This document shows, piece by piece, positions 37,939 to 47,223 of a DNA stretch of 64,000 bases. Numbering within the stretch: position 1 is the stretch's first letter; every line of letters starts with the position of its first letter. A program made the translations under genes and the position numbers. Source of the DNA: an uncultured Zetaproteobacteria bacterium (GTDB lineage Bacteria > Pseudomonadota > Zetaproteobacteria > Mariprofundales > Mariprofundaceae); NCBI GenBank assembly GCA_964398225.1, contig CAYNLY010000001.1, positions 16,975 through 80,974 of the forward strand. The letters are read 5' to 3'. The notes beneath the pieces are model-generated. The model was not told the origin of the DNA. It did no database searches and saw only the letters and a program-made list of their open reading frames with translations.

Positions 37939-39462
37939 ATGAAGAAGGCGGCGTGGATGCTGGGTCTGGGACTCGTGCTTCTGCTTGCGGCCAGCCAGGC
38001 CCAGGCCTACGAGATTGCCCAGAACGTCGACGATTTCTTCGGTCGCTTGAACGGCTGGCTTGCGAGCATCCTGTTCCACGACGTGATGCCGGGCGAAGCC
38101 AAGATGCCGTTCATTGTTGGCTGGCTTGTTGTCGGCGCGATCTATCTCACCTTCCGGTTTGGCTTCATCAATCTGCGGATGTTCCGCCATGCCTTCGACA
38201 TCCTGCGCGGCAAGTATCAGTCGCCCGAGGCCAAGGGCGAGGTGACCCCGTTTCAGGCGCTGTCGGCGGCGCTTTCGGCCACGGTGGGGCTGGGCAACAT
38301 CGCCGGCGTGGCGATTGCGGTCAGCGTCGGCGGGCCCGGGGCGACGTTCTGGATGATTGTCGCCGGCTTCTTCGGCATGACCTCGAAGTTCACCGAGGTG
38401 ACGCTGGCCCAGACCTACCGCGAGTTCCGGCCGGACGGGCATGTGCTGGGCGGAGCGATGGAATACCTGTCCCGGGGCTTCGCGGAGTTCGGCTGGGCGA
38501 GGCTCGGCAAGGCGCTCGCCGTGCTGTTCGCCTTTTGCTGCATGTTTGCCTCGATGGGCGGGGGCAACGCGTTTCAGGTCTCGCAGGCGCTGGGCGCGGT
38601 GCAGAACGTGCTGCCGTTCTTCAAGGAATATCCCTGGGTGTTCGGCGTGTTCATGGCCGGTGCGGTCGCGCTCGTGATCATCGGCGGCATCCGCTCGATC
38701 GCGCGCGCGGCCGAGGCGATCGTGCCGACGATGGTGTTCATCTACCTTTCCGCCTGCCTGTACATCATCCTTTCGCATGCGGACCAGCTTCCCGCCGCGC
38801 TGGCCAGCATCGTGACCGAGGCCTTTCATCCCACCGCGGTCGCGGGCGGCATGATCGGCGTGCTCGTCGTCGGCTTCCAGCGCGCGGCGTTCTCGAGCGA
38901 GGCGGGCATCGGCTCGGCCGCGATCGCGCATTCGGCGGCGAGCGTCAAGTATCCGATCCGGCAGGGGTTCGTGGCCCTGTACGAGCCGTTCATCGACACC
39001 GTCGTGATCTGCACGATGACCGCGCTGGTCATCATCATCACCGGCGTCTGGAACGATCCGGCGAATGCGGAGCTCGTGCAGCAGAGCAAGGGTGCCGCGC
39101 TGACCGCGGTCGCGTTCGGCTCGGTGCTGAGCTGGTTTCCGGTCGTGCTGTCGATCTCGGTCGTGCTGTTCGCCTATTCGACGATGATTTCCTGGAGCTA
39201 CTACGGCGAGCGCTGCTGGACCTACATGTTCGGCGAACGCTATTCGATGGTGTACCGGATCCTGTTCGTGATGGTCGTCGTGCTCGCAAGCCTCGTGAGC
39301 GCGGGCAACATCCTCGATTTCTCCGATCTGCTGCTGCTTTCGATGGCGTTCCCGAACTTCCTCGGGCTGTACCTGCTGCAGGGCAAAGTGGCCAGCCAGC
39401 TCAAGGAGTATCTTGCGAAGCTCAAGAGCGGCGAGCTCGACCGCGAAGTCGGCAGGGCCTGA
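37939..39462 (+). CDS. alanine/glycine:cation symporter (AGCS) family transporter
   Basis: The translation has FQALSAALSATVGLGNIAGVAIAVSVGGPGATFWM and AFSSEAGIGSAAIAHSAA, which are typical AGCS blocks. Confidence 0.88.
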   Translation: MKKAAWMLGLGLVLLLAASQAQAYEIAQNVDDFFGRLNGWLASILFHDVMPGEAKMPFIVGWLVVGAIYLTFRFGFINLRMFRHAFDILRGKYQSPEAKGEVTPFQALSAALSATVGLGNIAGVAIAVSVGGPGATFWMIVAGFFGMTSKFTEVTLAQTYREFRPDGHVLGGAMEYLSRGFAEFGWARLGKALAVLFAFCCMFASMGGGNAFQVSQALGAVQNVLPFFKEYPWVFGVFMAGAVALVIIGGIRSIARAAEAIVPTMVFIYLSACLYIILSHADQLPAALASIVTEAFHPTAVAGGMIGVLVVGFQRAAFSSEAGIGSAAIAHSAASVKYPIRQGFVALYEPFIDTVVICTMTALVIIITGVWNDPANAELVQQSKGAALTAVAFGSVLSWFPVVLSISVVLFAYSTMISWSYYGERCWTYMFGERYSMVYRILFVMVVVLASLVSAGNILDFSDLLLLSMAFPNFLGLYLLQGKVASQLKEYLAKLKSGELDREVGRA

Positions 39463-40283
<821 letters not shown>

Positions 40284-40346
40284 GCGCTTGCTTTTTCCCG
40301 CCCGCAGGCAAGGATTCGCCAGATCCGCGAACGGAGGTGTTCACGC

Positions 40347-40619
40347 ATGGCTCGCGTAACCGTTGAAGATTGCACCCAGTATTTCCCGAACCGCTTCGAG
40401 CTTGTGCTCGCGGCCTCCCGGCGCGCGCGCCAGCTGCTGCGCGGGATGCCCAAGCTTCTCGACGACGGCGAGCAGCACAAGCCGACCGTTCAGGCGCTGA
40501 AGGAGATCGGCGAAGGTCTGGTCAGCTGGGACACGATCTTCGAACTCGAGCGCCGCGAGCAGGAACGCCTGGCCGCGATGGCCGCGGAGGATGACTCCGA
40601 GGAGGACGCCGGCGTCTGA
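40347..40619 (+). CDS. rpoZ: DNA-directed RNA polymerase subunit omega
   Basis: MARVTVEDC...NRFELVLAASRRARQL is the canonical omega N-terminus. Confidence 0.95.
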   Translation: MARVTVEDCTQYFPNRFELVLAASRRARQLLRGMPKLLDDGEQHKPTVQALKEIGEGLVSWDTIFELERREQERLAAMAAEDDSEEDAGV

Positions 40620-40658
40620 GGGCTCGCCTGAGATGGCCGCTTCTGCCATCCTTGCAGC

Positions 40659-42833
40659 GTGAGCCGCATCCATGAAATCACCGACAAGGTCCGTCGCCAC
40701 AACCCGAAGGCCGATCTGGACCTGATCAACCGGGCCTATGTGTTCGCCGCCAACGCCCATGCGGGACAGACGCGGCGATCCGGAGATCCCTACATCACCC
40801 ATCCGCTCGCGGTGGCGGACATCCTGGCCAGCCTCGGCATGGACGAAACGACCGTCGTCACCGGGCTGCTGCATGACACGGTCGAGGACACCCCGGCCAC
40901 GCTCGACGAGGTGGCCGGCAGGTTCGGCGAGGAGATCGCCCGCCTCGTCGACGGGGTGACGAAGGTCGGCCAGATCCGGTTCCGATCGTCCGCGCACAAG
41001 CAGGCGGAGAACTTCCGCAAGATGATTCTCGCCACGGCGAAGGATCTTCGGGTTCTGATCGTCAAGCTTGCCGACCGGCTGCACAACATGCGGACGCTGG
41101 GCTTCATGCCGGAGGAGAAGCGGCGGGGGATCTCCGAGGAAACGATGCAGATCTACGCGCCGCTGGCGCATCGCCTGGGCATCCACTGGATCAAGCAGGA
41201 GATGGAGGATCTGGCGTTTTCCCATCTGGAGCCGGAGGCATACCGCGAGCTGGTGGCCCGGCTTGGCGAGCGTCTGGATTCGCTGAACCAGACCCGGGAG
41301 CGTCTGGAGCAGGTGATCCAGCAGGCGCTCGAGCGCAAGGGGCTCAAGGCGCGAGTCCAGGGCCGGATGAAGCATCTGTACAGCATCCACGACAAGATGC
41401 AGCGCAAGCACGTGGACTTCGACGAAATCTACGATCTCGTCGCGTTCCGCGTGATCGTCGACGACATGCCGACCTGCTACCAGGCGCTGGGCATCATCCA
41501 CAGCCTCTACCGTCCGATTCCCGGCCGCTTCAAGGACTACATCGCCCTGCCCAAGCCGAACGGCTACCAGTCGCTGCACACCGCGGTGATCGGACCGGAG
41601 AACTACCGGATCGAGGTTCAGATCCGGACCGAGGCGATGCACGCCTATGCCGAGGACGGCATCGCCGCGCACTGGATCTACAAGGGCAAGGGGCTTAGCG
41701 AAAAGGAAAAGGAAAGCTTCCGCTGGCTCCGGCAGTTGACCGATCTTCTGCATGCAGCCGACAACCCGGACGAGTTCCTCGAGAACATGCGTCTGGACCT
41801 GTTCGTGAACGAGGTCTACGTCTTCAGCCGCGACGGAGACATCTTCGCGCTGCCGCGCGGGGCGCGGCCGCTGGACTTCGCCTATGCGATCCACACCGAC
41901 GTCGGCCATCACTGCATCGGCGTGCGGATCAACGGCGAAATGGCCGATTTTTCCACCCGGCTCAGGAACGGCGATCAGATCGAGATTCTGACCAGCCCCG
42001 ATCAGACGCCGAGCCGGCAGTGGCTTCAGTACGTGCGGACGCCGCGCGCCCGTCAGGCGATCCGCCAGTGGTTCCGCAGGCAGGAGCGGGAAACGAGCAT
42101 TCGGCTGGGCGATCAGGTGTTGCGCGATGCGCTCGGGCGAAGGGAGCCGCCGCAGTCGCTGATCCGGCGCTTCGGCTGCGAAAACGCCGATCAGCTGCGC
42201 GAACGCATCGGCCGGGGGGAGATCCCCGTGCACGACCTGCTCGAGGCGATCGACCGCGACCAGACCCGGCCGCTGCGCATCCGCGGGCTTGCCCGCACGC
42301 TGATGACGGCGGCGGACTGCTGCCACCCGATCCCCGGGGATCCGGTGCTCGGCCAGTTCATCAGCGGCCAGGGGATGCTGCTGCATCATCGCAAGTGTCC
42401 GGTCGTGGCCGAGAGCAGGGATGGAGACTGGCTCGAGGTGAACTGGGAGCCCCAGCCCGGGCAGATGTTCCGCACCGGGATCGAGGTCCTGGCCAAAAAC
42501 GAGCGGGGGATGCTTGCGCGGATCACGACCGCGATTGCCGAATCCGGATCGAGCATTGAGGATTTGCGCCTCCGGCAGCGCGGGGGGGCCATGTCCGAGC
42601 TTCTGTTCCTCGTCGAGGTCGAGGACCGGGTGCATCTGGCCCGGGTGCTGCGCGCGATCCGCTCGGTCGAGGGGGTGGCGCGGGTGGGCAGGCGCAACCG
42701 CGAGGGTCTGGGGCTCCGGCGCGCCGGCCGCTCGATCGCCGATGCGCTGCGCGAACTGTTCGGCCGCGGGCGCAGAAGCGGCGGCGAGCGCAGCCATGCC
42801 GGGGATGAAGCCGTTTCAGGAGGGAAGGAATGA
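40659..42833 (+). CDS. spoT: bifunctional (p)ppGpp synthetase/hydrolase (RelA/SpoT homolog)
   Basis: An HD hydrolase domain (HPLAVADIL...LLHDTVEDT) is present. The synthetase block YRPIPGRFKDYIALPKPNGYQSLHT is followed by TGS and ACT domains. The gene follows rpoZ, as spoT does. Confidence 0.92.
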   Translation: MSRIHEITDKVRRHNPKADLDLINRAYVFAANAHAGQTRRSGDPYITHPLAVADILASLGMDETTVVTGLLHDTVEDTPATLDEVAGRFGEEIARLVDGVTKVGQIRFRSSAHKQAENFRKMILATAKDLRVLIVKLADRLHNMRTLGFMPEEKRRGISEETMQIYAPLAHRLGIHWIKQEMEDLAFSHLEPEAYRELVARLGERLDSLNQTRERLEQVIQQALERKGLKARVQGRMKHLYSIHDKMQRKHVDFDEIYDLVAFRVIVDDMPTCYQALGIIHSLYRPIPGRFKDYIALPKPNGYQSLHTAVIGPENYRIEVQIRTEAMHAYAEDGIAAHWIYKGKGLSEKEKESFRWLRQLTDLLHAADNPDEFLENMRLDLFVNEVYVFSRDGDIFALPRGARPLDFAYAIHTDVGHHCIGVRINGEMADFSTRLRNGDQIEILTSPDQTPSRQWLQYVRTPRARQAIRQWFRRQERETSIRLGDQVLRDALGRREPPQSLIRRFGCENADQLRERIGRGEIPVHDLLEAIDRDQTRPLRIRGLARTLMTAADCCHPIPGDPVLGQFISGQGMLLHHRKCPVVAESRDGDWLEVNWEPQPGQMFRTGIEVLAKNERGMLARITTAIAESGSSIEDLRLRQRGGAMSELLFLVEVEDRVHLARVLRAIRSVEGVARVGRRNREGLGLRRAGRSIADALRELFGRGRRSGGERSHAGDEAVSGGKE

Positions 42834-43216
42834 GCAGGCTGGAAATCGTGAACACCGACCGTGCCCCGAAGGCGGTCGGACCGTACAGCCAGGGCATCGT
42901 CGTGGACGGCTGGCTGTATGCCTCGGGTCAGATCGGGCTGGATCCGGAGCGGGGAAGCCTCGTCGGTCCCGACACCGAGTCCCAGACCCGGCAGGTGCTG
43001 GCCAACCTCGGTGCGGTGCTCGAGGCGGCGGGTGCCCGGAAGTCGGACATCGTCAAGGTGACGATCTTTCTCGTGGACATGGACGACTTTCCCGCCGTCA
43101 ACGCGCTGTATGCCGACTGGCTGGGCGAGCATCGTCCGGCCCGGGCGACGGTTGCGGTGGCCCGGCTTCCGCTTGGTGCGCGCGTGGAGATGGACCTCGT
43201 GGCCCGCATGGGCTGA
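42830..43216 (+). CDS. ridA: RidA family reactive-intermediate deaminase
   Basis: AVGPYSQG...SGQIGLDP...RATVAVARLPLGARVE is a YjgF/RidA signature. Confidence 0.9.
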   Translation: MSRLEIVNTDRAPKAVGPYSQGIVVDGWLYASGQIGLDPERGSLVGPDTESQTRQVLANLGAVLEAAGARKSDIVKVTIFLVDMDDFPAVNALYADWLGEHRPARATVAVARLPLGARVEMDLVARMG

Positions 43217-43236
43217 CGCGCGGGTATTCCGGCACG

Positions 43237-43270
43237 AAAAAAGGCGCCCACAGGGCGCCTTTGTTGTTTG
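43237..43270. terminator. bidirectional intrinsic terminator between convergent ridA and rpmB
   Basis: A-run, then stem AAGGCGCCC (43241-43249) / GGGCGCCTT (43253-43261) with a 3-nt loop, then a T-rich tail TTGTTGTTTG. Confidence 0.8.
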
Positions 43271-43286
43271 TGTTCGCTGATGCGGA

Positions 43287-43478
43287 TCAGGCGGCCTTCT
43301 GCACCCGGCCGGAGCGCAGGCAGCTCGTGCACACCCGGATGCGCCGCGCCTGCCCGTTCACGAGCGCCCGCACCGTCTTGAGGTTCGGCAGGAAACGCCG
43401 CCGGGTCACATTGTGGGCATGACTGATGTTGTTCCCGCTCATCGGACCCTTTCCGCAAACTTCGCAACGCTTGGCCAT
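43287..43478 (-). CDS. rpmB: 50S ribosomal protein L28 (short 63-aa form with four cysteines)
   Basis: The N-terminus [33 protein letters not shown] is followed by VCTSCLRSG. The CxxC...CxxC pairs indicate the zinc-ribbon (C+) form. No rpmG lies downstream. Confidence 0.9.
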   Translation of the reverse strand: MAKRCEVCGKGPMSGNNISHAHNVTRRRFLPNLKTVRALVNGQARRIRVCTSCLRSGRVQKAA

Positions 43479-43583
43479 GACTGCTACCTCCGTCTGAGGC
43501 GGCGCACTTTAGGCAAAACGGCTCCGCTTCACAAGCAAAATCTTGACATCCCCTCCGGATCACGCCGCCGGATTTCACGGGTT

Positions 43584-43599
43584 TGGCACGGTTTCTGCT
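43584..43599 (+). promoter_or_regulatory. candidate sigma-54 (-24/-12) promoter upstream of the pilin gene
   Basis: TGGCACG-GTTT-CTGCT against the consensus TGGCACG-N4-TTGCW (one mismatch). It ends about 50 nt upstream of the pilin ATG at 43649. Confidence 0.55.
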
Positions 43600-43648
43600 T
43601 GCCTTCCTGCAAGACCGGCAATGGAGCCGTGACCAAGGAGCAAGGAAC

Positions 43649-44242
43649 ATGAACGAACAGGTGGATTGCTACACCAGCAAGGAGGAGCAGGCCCGCCGCC
43701 AGCGGGGCTTTACGCTGATCGAACTCGTGATCGTGATCGCGATCATCGGCATTCTGGCCGCGTTTATCGCGCCGCGCGGCGGCGAAGTCTTCAAGGATGC
43801 GCAGATTGCCTCGGTCTCGGAGGCGGTTCATTCCCTGAAGACAGCCGTGGCACAGTACGTGGTGAAGAACAAGCAGCTGCCTCCGGCAACCAATCCCGAG
43901 GCTGCACTGATTCAGCAGAAATACCTCGATGGCGCCGCCACCTCGACCGTGGCCGTCGGAACAAGTGCAACGCTTGTCGAAACGGCGGGCGGTGGCACGC
44001 CGCCGGCTGCTGGCGCATTTGATCTCGATGGTGATGGAACCGTTGATACGAAGGCGACCGAACAGGTCATCGAACTTCAGATTGCCGGTGTGCCGGGAAC
44101 GGATGCCTATGCCATCAGCCAGAGTCTCGATGGAACTCTGACGGCTGCGAGCACGACGGTTGCGGATACGAAGGGGCGCGTGACCTATGCAGCCCCGACA
44201 GGGGGGACCACGACCGTCCATGTCTACGTCGACAGCCTGTAA
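43649..44242 (+). CDS. type IV pilin / pseudopilin with class III signal peptide (major subunit candidate)
   Basis: AAGGAG lies upstream of ATG 43649. The 20-aa leader MNEQVDCYTSKEEQARRQRG is followed by FTLIELVIVIAIIGILAA (Phe+1, Glu+5). The mature protein is 177 aa with no Cys and contains a DLDGDGTVD loop. Confidence 0.85.
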   Translation: MNEQVDCYTSKEEQARRQRGFTLIELVIVIAIIGILAAFIAPRGGEVFKDAQIASVSEAVHSLKTAVAQYVVKNKQLPPATNPEAALIQQKYLDGAATSTVAVGTSATLVETAGGGTPPAAGAFDLDGDGTVDTKATEQVIELQIAGVPGTDAYAISQSLDGTLTAASTTVADTKGRVTYAAPTGGTTTVHVYVDSL

Positions 44243-44251
44243 TCCTTAGCC

Positions 44252-44277
44252 CGGCGCCCGCCATCGCGCGGGCGCCG
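44252..44277 (+). terminator. GC-rich stem-loop just after the pilin gene (probable partial terminator/attenuator)
   Basis: CGGCGCCCGC (44252-44261) pairs with GCGGGCGCCG (44268-44277), a perfect 10-bp stem with a 6-nt loop. It starts 10 nt after the pilin stop. There is no U-tract. Confidence 0.45.
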
Positions 44278-44315
44278 ACCCCTTCCAAGCAACTGGACGC
44301 CGGAAAGCGAGGAAC

Positions 44316-45998
44316 GTGATGGGCGCAAACGCAGTGCAGAACCTGGGCAAGATGCGGCTGGGCGACCGGCTGATCAAGCTCGGCCTGATCGACGAGGAAT
44401 GCCTGAAACTTGCGCTGCGCAAGCAGAAGAAGGACGGCATCCTGCTCGGCGAGGCGCTTGTCGAGCTGGGCTTCATCGACGAGGACGTCGTCACCAAGGT
44501 GCTGGCCTCGGACATCGACATCGACTTCGTCGATCTTCGCAATCTCGACGTGGATCCCGAGGCAATCGCCAAGGTTCCTCTGGCTATTGCGCGCAAATAT
44601 CACGTGCTTCCCTATGCGGTCGACGACTCCACCATATATGTGGCCATCGACGATCCCCTGAATCTCGTTCCGCTGGACATCATCTGGAAGCAGACGGGGC
44701 TCCGGGTTCAGCCGGCGGTGGCGCCGCTTGCCGACATCGAGGCCGCGATCGAACGCCATTATTCCTCGGTCGAAACCATCGACGACATCATCGACGAGAT
44801 CATCGAGGGCAAGATCGACGAGCAGCAGCTCGAGGCCCCGGTGGTCCGGCTGCTGGACAAGGTCATCGCGCACGCTGTCCGCCACCATGCCACGGACGTT
44901 CACATCGAGCCGGCGGAGAAAACGCTCGGCATCCGGATGCGCGTGGACGGCCTTTTGCAGGATGTCTGCCTGCTTCCCGTCAATGTATTGGCGCCCCTGA
45001 CATCCCGTGTCAAGATTTTGGCTAAACTGGATCTGTCCGAACGGCGTCTTCCCCAGGACGGCAGCTTCGCCACCCGGATTGGCCATCGCCAGGTCGAGGT
45101 GCGGGTGTCAACCTTGCCAACCATCTATGGCGAGAAGTCGGTGCTCCGGATCCTCGACCGGAGTTCGGTCGAGATGACGCTTGCCGGCATCGAGCTGCCG
45201 TATGCGATGCGGGAGCATCCGGAACAGCGGCTGCATCTGAACGATCCCTACGGGATGGTGCTCGTGACCGGTCCTACGGGCTCCGGCAAGACCACGACGC
45301 TGTATTCGATGCTCAACGCGGTGAAATCGGACGAAAAGGCGATCTTCACGATCGAGGATCCGGTCGAATACCGGATCAAGGGCCTGCAGCAGGTGTCGGT
45401 GCGCGAGGAGATCGGATTCACGTTTTCCAATGTGCTCCGCTCCATCCTCCGGCAGGATCCCGACATCATCATGGTGGGCGAAATCCGCGACACCGACACA
45501 GCCTCACTGGCCGTGCAGGCCGCGCTCACCGGCCATCTCGTGCTTTCGACGCTGCACACGAACAACGCGATCGAGACGGTCTTCCGCCTGATCGAAATGG
45601 GTGTTGAGCCCTACCTGATTCCGCCGTCCCTGCACGGCGTGCTCGCCCAGAGGCTGGTCCGGCGGCTGTGCCCGCACTGCCGCAAGCCGATGCCCGAGCC
45701 GTTCGTCCGCTCGGTGGTCGAGGCGCACGGGCTTGATCCCGATCGCGAATGGGTGTTCTGGCAGCCGGTCGGATGCCGGAACTGCGTGAACGGTTATGCC
45801 GGACGGATCGCGATTTTCGAATGGCTCGACCTGGACGAAAGGTTCCATGAGGTGATTCATCACCGGACGACGCTCGCCGAGCTCGAGCACGCCGCGCTCG
45901 AGGCGGGCTACCGGCCGATGGTCTTCGACGGCCTGGAAAAGGCCGCCGAGGGGCTGACGACCGTCAATGAGGTGCTGCGGGTGACCCGCCATGCCTGA
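44316..45998 (+). CDS. GspE/PilB/MshE-family assembly ATPase with N-terminal MshEN-type domain
   Basis: Walker A GPTGSGKTTT, Asp box, Walker B, and tetracysteine CPHC...CRNC. The N-terminus has RLGDRLIKLGLIDEECLKLALRKQ followed by LLGEALVELGFIDEDVVTKVLASD. The start is GTG 44316 or ATG 44319. Confidence 0.92.
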   Translation: MMGANAVQNLGKMRLGDRLIKLGLIDEECLKLALRKQKKDGILLGEALVELGFIDEDVVTKVLASDIDIDFVDLRNLDVDPEAIAKVPLAIARKYHVLPYAVDDSTIYVAIDDPLNLVPLDIIWKQTGLRVQPAVAPLADIEAAIERHYSSVETIDDIIDEIIEGKIDEQQLEAPVVRLLDKVIAHAVRHHATDVHIEPAEKTLGIRMRVDGLLQDVCLLPVNVLAPLTSRVKILAKLDLSERRLPQDGSFATRIGHRQVEVRVSTLPTIYGEKSVLRILDRSSVEMTLAGIELPYAMREHPEQRLHLNDPYGMVLVTGPTGSGKTTTLYSMLNAVKSDEKAIFTIEDPVEYRIKGLQQVSVREEIGFTFSNVLRSILRQDPDIIMVGEIRDTDTASLAVQAALTGHLVLSTLHTNNAIETVFRLIEMGVEPYLIPPSLHGVLAQRLVRRLCPHCRKPMPEPFVRSVVEAHGLDPDREWVFWQPVGCRNCVNGYAGRIAIFEWLDLDERFHEVIHHRTTLAELEHAALEAGYRPMVFDGLEKAAEGLTTVNEVLRVTRHA

Positions 45999-47205
45999 GT
46001 TTTCCTATGTCGCGGTCAGTCCCTCGGGGGAGCTCGAGCGCGGGCGGCTGAATCTGCCCTCGGAGCGCATTCTGGAGCATACGCTGGCCGAGCGGGGGCT
46101 GCAGCTGATCTCGAGCCGGCCGGCCTGGTCCTTGAAGCCCGGATTCGGCTCCCGGCGCATTACGCGGCGGGACATCATCGAGATGCTGATTCCCTGGCTT
46201 TCGATGGAGAAGGCGGGCGTGCCTCTGCTCGATGCGATCCGCGACTCGCTCGAGGAAATCGAGAATCCCGCGCTGCGCGACGTGGCCCGGAGCATCGCGG
46301 CCGATCTTGAGGCCGGCGAAAGCCTGGTGGATGCCGCGGCGAAGCATCCGAAGGTGTTCGACGAGCTCAGCCTCGGCATTCTGCGCGCCGGCGTGGAATC
46401 CGGGCGCCTGGATGCCTCCTTCGAGTTCCTGATCCGGCACCACACCTGGCTCGAGAAAATGAAAAAGAACGTGATGCAGCTGATGCTGGAGCCGGGGATT
46501 CTGCTCGTCGTGATCGTGCTGTTCATCATCCTGATGTTCAGCTTTGTCGTGCCCCAGATCATGGAAACGGTGGCGATGTTCAATGTTCCGATGCCCTGGC
46601 CCACGCGGATGATGATGCACCTGAATGCGTTCTTCCGTGCCTATGGGCTCTGGGTGCTCGCGGGACTGGGCCTTCTGTTTCTGGCGCTGCCCGCGATGTA
46701 TCTGAAATGGGAAGCGTTCCGCGAGCGGGTGGATGCGTTCAAGCTCCGGATGCCTTTCTTCGGCCCGCTGAACCGAATGATCGTCGGCTCCCGCTTCGCG
46801 CATCACATGTCGGCGCTGTTCCGCTCCGGCATCAATCTCGTGGACGGTCTGGAGATCGCCGCCAAGGCGGTGGGCAATCGCGTGGCGGAAAAGGAGATTC
46901 TGGAAGCGCGGGATCGCGTCGTGCAGGGGCAGACGGTCTACGAGGCCATGAGCGCAACCACCGTGCTCAGCCCGATGGTGCTGCGCATGCTCAAGGTTGG
47001 CGAGGACTCCGGAAACATCGACGGCACGCTCGATTACGTCTCCGAATACTACGACGAGGAAGTGCCACGCCGGATTGCGCGGGCGTTCACGCTGCTCACC
47101 CCCGCGATCACGATGGTGCTTGGTGTCGTCGTGCTGTTCATCGCGCTCGCGGTGTTCATGCCGATGCTGGACATGATCGACAAGGTCCACTCGATGCGCC
47201 ACTGA
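45991..47205 (+). CDS. GspF/PilC/MshG-family inner-membrane platform protein
   Basis: 404 aa with two T2SSF repeats and three TM segments. The start overlaps the ATPase stop by 8 nt. Confidence 0.88.
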   Translation: MPEFSYVAVSPSGELERGRLNLPSERILEHTLAERGLQLISSRPAWSLKPGFGSRRITRRDIIEMLIPWLSMEKAGVPLLDAIRDSLEEIENPALRDVARSIAADLEAGESLVDAAAKHPKVFDELSLGILRAGVESGRLDASFEFLIRHHTWLEKMKKNVMQLMLEPGILLVVIVLFIILMFSFVVPQIMETVAMFNVPMPWPTRMMMHLNAFFRAYGLWVLAGLGLLFLALPAMYLKWEAFRERVDAFKLRMPFFGPLNRMIVGSRFAHHMSALFRSGINLVDGLEIAAKAVGNRVAEKEILEARDRVVQGQTVYEAMSATTVLSPMVLRMLKVGEDSGNIDGTLDYVSEYYDEEVPRRIARAFTLLTPAITMVLGVVVLFIALAVFMPMLDMIDKVHSMRH

Positions 47206-47223
47206 CAGGGAAGGGAGAAAGAA

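Noticed and set aside
40341-42797. 818-aa minus-strand ORF antisense to spoT.
   Set aside because: It has the same GC-driven artefact composition. The plus strand encodes an unmistakable RelA/SpoT homolog.
43543-43548. Perfect TTGACA on the plus strand upstream of the pilin gene, considered as a sigma-70 -35 element.
   Set aside because: No acceptable -10 hexamer lies 16-18 nt downstream (the sequence there is CGCCGG). The sigma-54-type element is the better candidate.
43583-43648. TTG start at 43583, which would give the pilin a 42-aa leader.
   Set aside because: It overlaps the candidate sigma-54 promoter and has no ribosome-binding site. ATG 43649 is preceded by AAGGAG and still gives a class III signal peptide.
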